DNA of 21,109 nucleotides from a virus (IMGVR_UViG_3300035659_001474:1-21109); one strand, 5' to 3'; shown: positions 1-9,005, counted from the stretch's first letter. Numbers and translations are program-made. The notes: generated by a model not told the origin, from the letters alone.

Positions 1-123
1 TTTTTTGACTTTACGTTTACTAAACTGTCGTCGTGTACTATTCACAGGCACAGTAACACCTGTAAATCCAGCTCTACCTGGTGCCAAACTATCAGGATGA
101 TCACCGCATCCAGACTTATCCAT
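1..123 (-). CDS. Hypothetical protein, N-terminal part only (runs off the window)
   Basis: AGGAGA SD then ATG at 123; open frame MDKSGCGDHPDSLAPGRAGFTG... to the window edge. Confidence 0.65.
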   Translation of the reverse strand, partial: MDKSGCGDHPDSLAPGRAGFTGVTVPVNSTRRQFSKRKVKK

Positions 124-153
124 TGTGTCTCCTGAATCTTGACCTACTTGAAA

Positions 154-230
154 TGGTACCCCGTGCTGGAATCAAACCAGCGGCCCTCAATTTAGAAAAT
201 TGATGCTCTATTCAGCTGAGCTAACGGGGC
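154..230 (-). tRNA. tRNA-Arg(UCU)
   Basis: Full cloverleaf, TCAAT-TTTCTAA-ATTGA anticodon arm, encoded CCA; T-loop TTTGATT. Confidence 0.95.
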
Positions 231-236
231 GCAGCA

Positions 237-614
237 CTAAAAATCATTTACAACACAGTTAAGTCGTACCCAACTAACAGGACTTGCAGGCCTAAATGTC
301 TGAACTGCTTGACCTCTAGTAAACTCAATTTTTGAACCATCATCCATTACATATTCTTCTTTGTCTTTAACGTCATCGTATTTAACAGTAATGCCCATCA
401 TCAAAAGTAATGTATAAAGATTCTTAGGAATCATTTGCGTATCATCATTTGGATCTACTTCAAAATCAATTGCATCTTTAGTCACACTTTCGTCACGTTC
501 TACCATAAATTTTCGCATTATTGAAGCTATTGTATCTTTTGAATTAGTCTGACCAATATATTTCAACAATGATTCATTGATTGCAGACTTTATTTGTTGC
601 GTAACTGTTTCCAT
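237..614 (-). CDS. Hypothetical protein
   Basis: 125-aa ORF co-oriented with neighbours; no motif recognised. Confidence 0.7.
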   Translation of the reverse strand: METVTQQIKSAINESLLKYIGQTNSKDTIASIMRKFMVERDESVTKDAIDFEVDPNDDTQMIPKNLYTLLLMMGITVKYDDVKDKEEYVMDDGSKIEFTRGQAVQTFRPASPVSWVRLNCVVNDF

Positions 615-858
615 TTGTCAACCGCCTCTCTTCTTGTCAATTGAATTGCACCATTCTTAATAGCATCTTCTCTTCTTCTCGGTGTCAAATCAAAATGTAA
701 TAATCCTAGTCTACTGTTTTGTAACCATTGTTCTTTAAGACCAATTGATTTTGCAAATTGTAATAGCTCTTTAGCATCGTCAGACCACATGTGACAGCTT
801 TTGGTTACAGACCTCTAATTACAAACCCATGAGTGTATAATGGATCGATATATGTCAT
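590..858 (-). pseudogene. DUF4031-family protein, frameshifted (or sequencing error)
   Basis: MTYIDPLYTHGFVIRG from ATG 858 joins VTKSCHMWSDDAKELLQFAKSIGLKEQWLQ...HFDLTPRRREDAI if 1 nt is restored near 810; matches my recollection of the DUF4031 pattern. Confidence 0.7.
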
Positions 859-861
859 AAT

Positions 862-936
862 TGGAGATTATGGACATTGAACCCATCTGATAATTCCTGA
901 TTGCAAATCAGGTGACTCCAAGCAGTCCCAATCCCC
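862..936 (-). tRNA. tRNA-Ala(UGC)
   Basis: CCTGA-TTTGCAA-TCAGG arm; acceptor GGGGATT/AATCTCC retains G3.U70; atypical D- and T-loops. Confidence 0.85.
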
Positions 937-949
937 ATTTATTGTTTAC

Positions 950-1639
950 TTAATCTTCTCTAACATTCACATGTTTTTCTACATAATCCCTGTTTTTAGA
1001 AAATATTGGTATTTGCAAATCGACTTCATTGTCAACTATACAAAAACCTCGTTTTCTTACTACAGGATACTTGTCGAAATTAATACCCTTTTGAAACAAC
1101 AATTCTTGAATATCACTACATGATTTCTGAAACAACTCTTTGTGCGAATAATTCTCACGACCAGCAAACTGTATTGCATTTCGCGTTGCGTCAATTTGCC
1201 TCCAGACGAAATAATTAGTCACTTCATCTTGAGGTACAGAAAACACTCTACTGTCAAAACACACATTCTTACCATAGAGCCTCGAGAACACACTGCTAGC
1301 TAATGAAGCTGAAATCGATATCATCTTACAGACATCATAATCAAACCACGAATCAGTTGTTATCGTCTTATAGTCAGTCAACAGGAAACTAATCTCATCT
1401 GACTGACAATAGCAAAATTTGCAACCTTGTATGTCTTTAGCTACTACTTTCGCCGTTTCAATCATCTGGTCAACAAATTCCATTGACCATCCCTTACCAA
1501 ATCTCTTACGAGTAATAGTATGAAATGCTCGACCATCTATTCTCAAAATCACCGGTATCCTATGAGGCAATGTCCAGTGAAAACATGACTCGTAGCGCTT
1601 CATACGATCGCCAATAGACAGTCCGTCAGACTTGCTCAT
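950..1639 (-). CDS. thg1: tRNA-His guanylyltransferase / Thg1-like protein (3'-5' polymerase)
   Basis: DRMKRYE, ILRIDGRAFH, YCQSDEISFLL, FDSR, NYFVWRQIDATRN motifs. Confidence 0.95.
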   Translation of the reverse strand: MSKSDGLSIGDRMKRYESCFHWTLPHRIPVILRIDGRAFHTITRKRFGKGWSMEFVDQMIETAKVVAKDIQGCKFCYCQSDEISFLLTDYKTITTDSWFDYDVCKMISISASLASSVFSRLYGKNVCFDSRVFSVPQDEVTNYFVWRQIDATRNAIQFAGRENYSHKELFQKSCSDIQELLFQKGINFDKYPVVRKRGFCIVDNEVDLQIPIFSKNRDYVEKHVNVRED

Positions 1640-1851
1640 TATCTTGTTCCTACGGGTATAAATTGTCGTTTTTGCAAATATTTATCAGCAAGTTCTTTAT
1701 ATAAAGTATCTGCATGCTCGTAGCCACACCCTTTAACAATCAATCCATTTTTAAGGGCTACATAGCATTCTGTAGCTTCTTTTTCAGAAGGGCTCATCGA
1801 TAATGATGTTATTGTTCTTCTATTACATCCTTTGCAAATTACTTCTGACAT
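1639..1851 (-). CDS. Small Cys-containing hypothetical protein
   Basis: GAGG SD before ATG 1851 (MSEVICKGC...); the longer track start lies inside tRNA-Ile. Confidence 0.65.
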   Translation of the reverse strand: MSEVICKGCNRRTITSLSMSPSEKEATECYVALKNGLIVKGCGYEHADTLYKELADKYLQKRQFIPVGTR

Positions 1852-1866
1852 TTTTCCTCTTTCAAA

Positions 1867-1941
1867 TGGTGGGAGCAGGTAGAATTGAACTACCATCTAC
1901 TGCATATCAGACAGTGGTCCTAACCGTTGAACGATGCTCCC
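1867..1941 (-). tRNA. tRNA-Ile(GAU)
   Basis: ACTGT-CTGATAT-GCAGT arm, TTCAATT T-loop, encoded CCA. Confidence 0.95.
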
Positions 1942-1942
1942 G

Positions 1943-2344
1943 TCAGTCATTTGTTATGAACAAGAATTTTGCATTTTTGTCTTGCTTTGTTTTCTCATCA
2001 TCATACTTCATTTTCGTCGCTACACCAGATAGAAATGTCTTACCTCGAACTTCAGGACCAAGCATTGAATTAAGTGGCTGTCGCATGTCAAACATAACTG
2101 GCACTGAAATATGCGACAAGTCAGTTGTCAATGGTCTATGCTCAAACTCAATTCTTGGCATCATAAGTTCATCATATCGTCTTACCATTAACGAATCATT
2201 AATACGATCTGACCACTCATGAAACGCTCGTAAAATATCACTTTCGGCCGTAACATCAATTATTGCGTCAGTACAAGTCGTCATATGCCCAGGAAAAAAT
2301 GCATCATTGTTTCGATTAACTATCATTTCTTCAGGCATTTTCAT
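1943..2344 (-). CDS. Hypothetical protein
   Basis: 133-aa ORF filling the gap between two tRNAs. Confidence 0.65.
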   Translation of the reverse strand: MKMPEEMIVNRNNDAFFPGHMTTCTDAIIDVTAESDILRAFHEWSDRINDSLMVRRYDELMMPRIEFEHRPLTTDLSHISVPVMFDMRQPLNSMLGPEVRGKTFLSGVATKMKYDDEKTKQDKNAKFLFITND

Positions 2345-2365
2345 TCCTTCTAAGTGCAGAAGAGA

Positions 2366-2438
2366 AGCCGCCGAGAGGGTTCAAACCTCCGACCACCGCA
2401 TTACAGGTGCGGTGCTCTATCAACTGAGCTACGGCGGC
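2366..2438 (-). tRNA. tRNA-Thr(UGU)
   Basis: CCGCA-CCTGTAA-TGCGG arm (C33); acceptor GCCGCCG/CGGCGGC. Confidence 0.92.
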
Positions 2439-2473
2439 AATCACGATCACTAGCAACTCTAATGCACTAAATT

Positions 2474-3076
2474 TCATGACTCTAATACTACATTCCAGTA
2501 GATGTAATCTACCCACGTTTCATGTGGTATTTCACCCGCCAACCTACTTACTAAATGTGCAGGAGCTGCTTTATCAAGTTTTGGCGCAAAAGGTTGTCGA
2601 ATCAAAGCTCTCTTGTAATCATTGATAGATTTGTGACCCTTTTGACCATTACAACGAATACAACTGACGACGATGTTCTCCCAGCAAGTTTTACCACCTC
2701 GACTTCTTGGTATCACGTGGTCAAAAGTAAAACCTGAAAGTGACACTTTTTTACCACAATACATACAACATCCGGCATCACGAATGTAGACATTCTGTCG
2801 ACTAAATGGCAATACCTTAACATATTTCTTAGGTATATATTCAGAATGAATACATCGAATGACCGATGGAATAGGCATCGATATCCAGCTACTAGTTGAC
2901 TTGGCAACTAATTTGTCAGTGATAATAGCATTCGATGATCGTACTATAGTATTTTCGTAGTTAGCCAAAGCAACTGCTTTTTCAGAAGCTACTAATACAA
3001 TAGCACGTCGAGTATTTACCAATGACACTGGTGTTGACCAACTGTTTAATACCAAAGTCTGTAAAGGATTTGACAT
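2474..3076 (-). CDS. HNH endonuclease (McrA/HNH_5-like)
   Basis: TLVLN N-terminus; RDAGCCMYCG, TFDHVIPRSRGGKTCWENIVVSCIRCNGQKG. Confidence 0.93.
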   Translation of the reverse strand: MSNPLQTLVLNSWSTPVSLVNTRRAIVLVASEKAVALANYENTIVRSSNAIITDKLVAKSTSSWISMPIPSVIRCIHSEYIPKKYVKVLPFSRQNVYIRDAGCCMYCGKKVSLSGFTFDHVIPRSRGGKTCWENIVVSCIRCNGQKGHKSINDYKRALIRQPFAPKLDKAAPAHLVSRLAGEIPHETWVDYIYWNVVLES

Positions 3077-3097
3077 CTAACACCTCATTTTAGTAAG

Positions 3098-3169
3098 TAC
3101 TGGAGGGCAGAGTCGGACTGCCGATCAACTGATTATGATTCAGTGGTTTTACCGCTAAACTACTCCAGT
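3098..3169 (-). tRNA. tRNA with CAU anticodon (elongator Met or Ile2)
   Basis: ACTGA-ATCATAA-TCAGT arm; T-loop TCCGACT; acceptor ACTGGAG/CTCCAGT. Confidence 0.85.
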
Positions 3170-3174
3170 GCAAT

Positions 3175-3210
3175 AAAAAAGCCTCGTCGAAGTTAATCGG
3201 CGAGGCTTTT
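3175..3210 (-). terminator. Intrinsic terminator of putative attenuator 1
   Basis: AAAAGCCTCGCCGA-TTAACT-TCGACGAGGCTTTTTT hairpin followed by a U tract. Confidence 0.9.
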
Positions 3211-3236
3211 AACATTCTAGTTTGTTTGAGCCTCGC

Positions 3237-3344
3237 CTATGGTAGTTGTCCCATTCTAATTGTTGCATCATGGGCAAATGCACACACATTGCCTGTATTA
3301 CTACGGGTAATGAGTTGCAACCATTTTGGTAGATACTTTGACAT
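3237..3344 (-). CDS. Putative 35-aa attenuator leader peptide
   Basis: MSKYLPKWLQLITRSNTGNVCAFAHDATIRMGQLP; its TAG overlaps the antiterminator strand GGCGAGGCT (3237-3229); SD weak (AAGG). Confidence 0.6.
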   Translation of the reverse strand: MSKYLPKWLQLITRSNTGNVCAFAHDATIRMGQLP

Positions 3345-3412
3345 TATATTTTGCCTTTTTGTGTCCTTAAACAGTAATCACATTAAATGTCGTAGTGTTT
3401 CCACTAATACTA

Positions 3413-3441
3413 ATTTAATCTGTAATTGTTGTTCTTATCAA
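3413..3441 (-). promoter_or_regulatory. Possible sigma70-type promoter for attenuator 1
   Basis: TTGATA-17 nt-TTAAAT. Confidence 0.35.
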
Positions 3442-3445
3442 CACA

Positions 3446-3979
3446 TTAAAACGGCAAATAGTAACTAAAAGCATCATCACATGTTTGTTCTAGAGTGTCA
3501 TGTATTAGAACTTCTGGACAATCTTTCAAAAATCTGTATGCTATATAACGATGACCTGAAAAGTCTTTGTCAATACCGATAGCTATCTCAGTTAGACCTC
3601 GATCATACTTACATTTCCATTCACTAAGTTCAAATCTAGTAGTTTGCGCAAATGCACGCTTGCAATCATGTTCATATTCATTTGCCAACCAAAATAAGAT
3701 TACACCATTAGTAGCTGCTCGATTCAACCAATAAATTTCCCAATCTATTTGTTCATAATATTTCTTAGCTCTAAATTCAGTATCGGCTGTCAATCTTCGC
3801 GGTGATGCAATATGAAAATTACTTTCATTTATTGAATAGTTAAAACCTTTCAAAAAGGATTTTGACAAGTAATCAATAGCTTGCGATTGCCAATCAAGCG
3901 TTCCTTGAATTGGTCCTGCAAGAAACAATACAAAATCTTTGTTAGCTATCTGTGGGCGTTCTGGTGGTCGAATAATCAT
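3446..3979 (-). CDS. Nucleoside 2-deoxyribosyltransferase-like protein
   Basis: FLAGPIQG..DWQ, PRR, QIDWE, ILFW, QTTRFEL motifs. Confidence 0.85.
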   Translation of the reverse strand: MIIRPPERPQIANKDFVLFLAGPIQGTLDWQSQAIDYLSKSFLKGFNYSINESNFHIASPRRLTADTEFRAKKYYEQIDWEIYWLNRAATNGVILFWLANEYEHDCKRAFAQTTRFELSEWKCKYDRGLTEIAIGIDKDFSGHRYIAYRFLKDCPEVLIHDTLEQTCDDAFSYYLPF

Positions 3980-4329
3980 TTGTCGGTCTTCTTTGCAAGC
4001 AAAATTGATTCTACTATATCTCTTGATTCAACAAAACCATCTGCTCGACCATTATGATATTTTTCAGCAAATTCATTTCTATGAGACATTTGCTCGGCAT
4101 GTATTTGTTTTTCAACCAATTTATCACTTATCTGTCCAGTAATTTGTACAAAATCTGTGGGATTAGCAAACATTTTTCGTGCAGTTTTCCACTCATTAGC
4201 GTCAATTACTACATGACCTTGTAACTTCGCTGTACATGCTTCTTCAATTTTCGGATGTCGATGTAAAAAACTAGTATCCATTTCATCGTCCTTGTTGTTT
4301 GAGCCGTGATTCTTGTTCATCAATGGCAT
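3976..4329 (-). CDS. Hypothetical protein (true start may be the downstream MDTSF)
   Basis: ORF track; stop overlaps the next start (ATGA). Confidence 0.6.
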   Translation of the reverse strand: MPLMNKNHGSNNKDDEMDTSFLHRHPKIEEACTAKLQGHVVIDANEWKTARKMFANPTDFVQITGQISDKLVEKQIHAEQMSHRNEFAEKYHNGRADGFVESRDIVESILLAKKTDK

Positions 4330-4481
4330 GACGTATGAGACACAACAGCTCGTAATCAGAACACATTTTCACGTCAGATAATTTGATAGTGCCAGTTAGT
4401 AAGTCGTCTTACTTTATCTGATTCAATTGTCAAAGTGTAAACATCATCAGTATGATTCGTTATCCAACATCTCTTAATCAC

Positions 4482-4832
4482 TTAAACCTCCACAAATGCG
4501 AATTTTGACAATGGCTTAAATAATTTTTTGCGCAACAACCGACCATGACAAATCGGTATAGCTGCTCCAGGTGCGACAAAATGAGTTGTTTTACATACCA
4601 TACATTCTAATTCTATTACATCACCTTCATTGACAACGTTATCAATTGCAAACTTTTGCATGAATATGAATTTTCTATTTTCAAACAATAATTGCAGCTT
4701 ACTTTTTTCATATTCGGCCATGTATTTAAACGTAATTGCATCAACCAATACAAAACTTTTTGATTTCTCTACTATAAAAAATTGTTGACCATTTTGACTT
4801 TGCCACAGTTGACCAGCTTGAATATCCATCAT
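4482..4832 (-). CDS. Hypothetical protein with C-terminal CxxC
   Basis: 116-aa ORF in a tightly packed operon. Confidence 0.65.
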   Translation of the reverse strand: MMDIQAGQLWQSQNGQQFFIVEKSKSFVLVDAITFKYMAEYEKSKLQLLFENRKFIFMQKFAIDNVVNEGDVIELECMVCKTTHFVAPGAAIPICHGRLLRKKLFKPLSKFAFVEV

Positions 4833-4842
4833 TTTACTCTAT

Positions 4843-5178
4843 CTAAATTATTTCTTCTTTCTTCAACCCTTGACTTGTTTCGCCCCAATAAGTCACAATT
4901 GTCTGCGGAAACTTATCCTTAACTTTCTGTGCTAACCCTTTACCAATACGATTAAACCAACGTGCACGACCCGGTTTAATACTGTAATTAGAATCGAAAC
5001 TATCTTCATAGTATTCAATCCAGACTTTGAATTCTTTGATCAATTCTCTAGATAGCTTTAATTCATCATATTCAATCATGCCACCACATGTCTTCATAGG
5101 TTGTTTTGTCTGGTCCCATAAACCAGTACTAGCAAAATCAGGCATGATACGAATACGTTTAAATTTCATATACACCAT
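4843..5178 (-). CDS. Hypothetical protein
   Basis: 111-aa ORF with SD, overlapping the upstream gene. Confidence 0.7.
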   Translation of the reverse strand: MVYMKFKRIRIMPDFASTGLWDQTKQPMKTCGGMIEYDELKLSRELIKEFKVWIEYYEDSFDSNYSIKPGRARWFNRIGKGLAQKVKDKFPQTIVTYWGETSQGLKKEEII

Positions 5179-6277
5179 CCCACGGACCAGTATAAGAAGA
5201 ACTCTTTCTTACACATGAATCTATTGATATGAACTTTCTACCTAACTTTTCAACATCATGTTCTATTCGACTCTTTATTGTCAAACAGTCATCATCAGGT
5301 TTAAACCGTAATTCACCATCTGAAACGCATCGTTTACCGTCTTTTTCTGTTGTTATTGTTATAGAATATGTGCCTGGCAAATTTTTAGATTTCTCAGTTG
5401 AAAGAATCATTCTACCCTTAAACTTGCTGCCATCAACGAACGGTATTTCAAACTCTGTCTTTTTGCCTAACAACATCTCTCTAAATTTGTCTATTGCTTC
5501 TGATATCCACAATTGATCGTCACGCAATAATTGCACATATTTTGTAAGATCTATACCATCAGAATCAGTAGATGATCCATCATCCCAATAAATCTTTGTA
5601 ACTGATATTTTCTTCCTACCAGCAGTCCACGAATCTGTTTCTTTCTCATAACTAATTGCACCCATACAAGTCTTTATTGTCGGTAATCCATTACTATCTC
5701 GTACTACAAATTTAACAAATGGACGATAAATAGGATGTTCACCAAATACCTCAGGAAATGTATAATCTCTCATCAAATGTTCATCGCCAACTGCATAGAA
5801 CCAGGGCTTAAATCCCTCACACTTCACTAACCGTATGAACCCTGGCATCTTCTTAACATTCTCAAAAAAGTCTTTACTTTTACTCCAAAACATTTCCCAT
5901 ACTTTAAGAAGATCATCCTTTGTCTTGAACTCTATAAAACAATCTTGTGTACCACCACCCTTATTAAGCACAAATGGACATCGACCATCTACTGCATCTT
6001 TTATGTATAGTGCCTCAATGTAACCTCCATGTCCGCCTGCATATTTCAACTGTTCAATGTCATATCTAGTATACGCGCCATATCCACCATGTTGTACATT
6101 TTTTCGCGTTATCGGAATATCTATAGAACGTATCAATTTGAAAACTTCAATTATTTTTTCTTGATCTTTCTCATCGCATGAACATGAAATGTCTATAAGT
6201 TGACCGTTACCTGTACGAATTTCTTTGTATGTATACGAATTAAACTCTATTCTCGGTACTAACTCGTTTTTAATCAT
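5159..6277 (-). CDS. Hypothetical protein
   Basis: 372-aa ORF with GAGG SD; no motif recognised. Confidence 0.8.
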   Translation of the reverse strand: MIKNELVPRIEFNSYTYKEIRTGNGQLIDISCSCDEKDQEKIIEVFKLIRSIDIPITRKNVQHGGYGAYTRYDIEQLKYAGGHGGYIEALYIKDAVDGRCPFVLNKGGGTQDCFIEFKTKDDLLKVWEMFWSKSKDFFENVKKMPGFIRLVKCEGFKPWFYAVGDEHLMRDYTFPEVFGEHPIYRPFVKFVVRDSNGLPTIKTCMGAISYEKETDSWTAGRKKISVTKIYWDDGSSTDSDGIDLTKYVQLLRDDQLWISEAIDKFREMLLGKKTEFEIPFVDGSKFKGRMILSTEKSKNLPGTYSITITTEKDGKRCVSDGELRFKPDDDCLTIKSRIEHDVEKLGRKFISIDSCVRKSSSYTGPWDGVYEI

Positions 6278-6284
6278 TTCATCC

Positions 6285-7094
6285 TCAATCTAAAAATGCT
6301 ACAAACTTTCGAGCTTTTGCTTGAGCTTCTGTATTCAATACTACCTTATGCCATGCATTACCAAGATCAACTGTTGAATGCTCGATATGCGTGATCTTTC
6401 CTTTTACATGCACAACAGGATCTCGTTGCATTCTACGCCAAAATGATTTCTTAGCTTCTTTGCTATCTTTTATCATTTTTCTGTATTCTGATTCCAGTAT
6501 ACCATTCGGCGCAAATCGTGTATTGACATAAACTGCTTGACCACCAAACCGACTCAAAAACTGAGCATAATGCATATTATGACCACCACCAGTCATCGGC
6601 TCATTCTTCAAAACAATCGACGGCTCATAATTCGGCTCCGGAATAAACATGAATTCACCCTGCCGGTGAATCTTTCGACCACTAGCTAACTTACGATGAC
6701 GCTTATGTGCATTCTTTGTCTTCAAACCCTCTCGTGACTCTATCTCACGAAGTTCTACTGGTTTCAATGCTTGTTTTGCCTGTACTACTGTTGATACAGG
6801 TGCTCTCTCAGGAATCGCACATGTGAACCAATGACGCTCATCATGACCGCACAAGAACTTTGCTTTGGGATTGTCAGGATCACGAGTTAGCAGTAAAAGA
6901 TGTCGATCATTCTTTTGAACATCTAATGTCAACAATTCAATTTCTTTCTTGACCTTGATATCAAAAAACTCTCCTTCTTCATCACGACGTACGTCAATAG
7001 AAAATGGCGGTGGCGTACGAAATCTGTTACTAGGTTCTGAAATCTTGACTCGAGCACCAATGGCATTAAACTGTTTTTCAATAACTGTGTTCAT
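6285..7094 (-). CDS. Conserved-looking hypothetical protein
   Basis: 269-aa ORF, AGGAG SD; DRHLLLL, FLCGHDERHWF, RQGEF segments; function not recognised. Confidence 0.8.
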   Translation of the reverse strand: MNTVIEKQFNAIGARVKISEPSNRFRTPPPFSIDVRRDEEGEFFDIKVKKEIELLTLDVQKNDRHLLLLTRDPDNPKAKFLCGHDERHWFTCAIPERAPVSTVVQAKQALKPVELREIESREGLKTKNAHKRHRKLASGRKIHRQGEFMFIPEPNYEPSIVLKNEPMTGGGHNMHYAQFLSRFGGQAVYVNTRFAPNGILESEYRKMIKDSKEAKKSFWRRMQRDPVVHVKGKITHIEHSTVDLGNAWHKVVLNTEAQAKARKFVAFLD

Positions 7095-7124
7095 ATCTCC
7101 TCCTATTATAGTAATCCATTCAAT

Positions 7125-7319
7125 TTACGATGATTGCACTCTATTAACTGTCTCCCAAATTTCAAACACCAACTCTAATCGCTTATCACGATCATACTCA
7201 GTCATTCCCCTAAATCTATCACGATTCTTCTCCCACCATTCTTCTGGTGTCTTCGGAACATTATTACCAATATTAATAAGCGCAGCCATCTTAATGATAG
7301 TCATCTGATCTTTTGTCAC
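7125..7319 (-). CDS. Small hypothetical protein
   Basis: 64-aa ORF coupled to the upstream gene. Confidence 0.6.
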   Translation of the reverse strand: MTKDQMTIIKMAALINIGNNVPKTPEEWWEKNRDRFRGMTEYDRDKRLELVFEIWETVNRVQSS

Positions 7320-7672
7320 ATCGACTCCTGTAATAATTCATTAATCTCACTATTCACTTGTGCTTCATATAACATATCTTGAAATTTCTTCTTCTCTATT
7401 TTTCTAAAATAATTCAATGAATAATAACAACGAGCCCAAACATACAACATTAAAGACATAATTGACAACAAACTAATAATAACTATTGGAATAAGTTCAA
7501 TTTGTTGCTTGTCAGTAATTGACGTTGCTATCAACATAACCACAGAACAAATAGGCAAAATCATAAAGAAATTAGCTAAAGAACTACTCCACTTGTAATT
7601 AGCTATTGCTGAAAACTCCACAAGAGCACTAACACCCTCCATCCCAATCAATAACTTAGTATCTTTATTCAT
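7316..7672 (-). CDS. Membrane protein (2-3 TM)
   Basis: Hydrophobic segments such as FFMILPICSVVMLIATSI and LIPIVIISLLSIMSLMLYVW. Confidence 0.7.
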   Translation of the reverse strand: MNKDTKLLIGMEGVSALVEFSAIANYKWSSSLANFFMILPICSVVMLIATSITDKQQIELIPIVIISLLSIMSLMLYVWARCYYSLNYFRKIEKKKFQDMLYEAQVNSEINELLQESM

Positions 7673-8238
7673 ATCTTGTCTGTCATCAAATTAAACTTTG
7701 TCAATCTTGTCCACTTCTTATGTCTATGCCTATACTTCAAATAATGTAATCTTAAATATCTAATCACTCCCGTAATTCGTATCCACTCAAAAAACGTATA
7801 CTTATTAAGATCAACTCGAACACCAACGGGTTTATATATCTCTATGCCTGCTTTTATCTTATCAATATCAATCAAATAATAAAAAATCTTGATTCTTATC
7901 ACTCCAACATCTTCTACTATCTTATATCGCTTCACGCCATAGCTTAACAACAAATGTATATAGTCTTGCTTTGTTAACCATGGTGATGTATATGTATAAT
8001 TGTTTCGAAACAAATTATACAATGCACTTTCATTTCGTTGTGGTGATGAAACCAAAGAAATACGACTGCTATTACCCCAAGACCAAATAGAACCATCAGC
8101 TGCAGCAACTACATTCATATGTGCAACATCATTAGATGTATCTGTACTGTTTGTATGATTCAAGTGACTACATGAGCCATTTGTTTCTCCGCAAATGCTG
8201 CATCGTGGTACGTGATATTGGTCTGAATAAGTTGGCAC
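7669..8238 (-). CDS. Hypothetical protein with N-terminal CxxC
   Basis: 189-aa ORF in operon. Confidence 0.65.
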   Translation of the reverse strand: MPTYSDQYHVPRCSICGETNGSCSHLNHTNSTDTSNDVAHMNVVAAADGSIWSWGNSSRISLVSSPQRNESALYNLFRNNYTYTSPWLTKQDYIHLLLSYGVKRYKIVEDVGVIRIKIFYYLIDIDKIKAGIEIYKPVGVRVDLNKYTFFEWIRITGVIRYLRLHYLKYRHRHKKWTRLTKFNLMTDKI

Positions 8239-8433
8239 TTACTTCAACCTCTTAGATGATTCTCCCCACCCTTGAAAAAACTTACTTGTGCATATCAACA
8301 TTAATAAACCAATCATTGCCAATATGTTCAAAGTAATGATCCATTTTTTGGTTATTTTGAATCCAAACCGTTTACCAGCCTTTTGCGCTTTATTTGCTTG
8401 TCGCTCAATCACATCTTCATATTTTTTCATCAT
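8239..8433 (-). CDS. Small single-TM protein
   Basis: 64 aa, hydrophobic WIITLNILAMIGLLMLIC. Confidence 0.6.
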   Translation of the reverse strand: MMKKYEDVIERQANKAQKAGKRFGFKITKKWIITLNILAMIGLLMLICTSKFFQGWGESSKRLK

Positions 8434-8590
8434 CTATTTCCATCCAACCATAACTTTTTCGCTGGTATCTAGCACCACACTTCTTACAAGTCCGAATCTC
8501 ATCTTGACAAGCATCTATCACTTCATCTCTCACTGTCGGATCAGCCACCCAACCACACTTACAAGCGCACATGTTTTTGCCCAACCACAT
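8417..8590 (-). CDS. Small Zn-ribbon-like protein (57 aa)
   Basis: Translated by hand: MWLGKNMCACKCGW...CKKCGARYQ; not in the ORF track. Confidence 0.5.
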   Translation of the reverse strand: MWLGKNMCACKCGWVADPTVRDEVIDACQDEIRTCKKCGARYQRKSYGWMEIDDEKI

Positions 8591-8732
8591 ATTTCTTATT
8601 TTCTAGTATTTCTTTCTCACTCAATGGCACTACACTAAGCATCTTCTTAGGATCTATCTTAGAAGCGATACTACAATAATCTAGCGTGGCTTCAAGGCCC
8701 TTAACTACAGCTTTCTTAATCTCATTATGCAT
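8559..8732 (-). CDS. Small hypothetical protein (57 aa)
   Basis: Translated by hand: MHNEIKKAVVKGLEATLDY...; fills the operon gap. Confidence 0.5.
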   Translation of the reverse strand: MHNEIKKAVVKGLEATLDYCSIASKIDPKKMLSVVPLSEKEILENKKYVVGQKHVRL

Positions 8733-8735
8733 AAC

Positions 8736-9005
8736 TTATTCAATTTTTGACCAACGTACTCTTGGTAAACCACATATTCCAAAATCTTCACTAAAGAAAA
8801 CAGATCTAACAGGGCTATTTACTCTTGAATCCCACATGATTTCGATAAGACCTACCGTACCCGCTTCAAATTCATAAAATTGTTCTTCTAATATAATAAC
8901 GTCACCATCTACAACACCATCATTATATAATTTCCCCCACTGTTCGCGTCTTTCTAGGGTACTAAATTTTTGAGCTCTTTTTCTAGCTGCTTCACTTGAA
9001 CTCAT
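8736..9005 (-). CDS. Hypothetical protein
   Basis: 89-aa ORF with AAGGAG SD. Confidence 0.7.
   Translation of the reverse strand: MSSSEAARKRAQKFSTLERREQWGKLYNDGVVDGDVIILEEQFYEFEAGTVGLIEIMWDSRVNSPVRSVFFSEDFGICGLPRVRWSKIE

Noticed and set aside
4330-4480. Possible small ORFs in the 4330-4480 gap
   Set aside because: All three minus-strand frames are broken by stops; no confident call.
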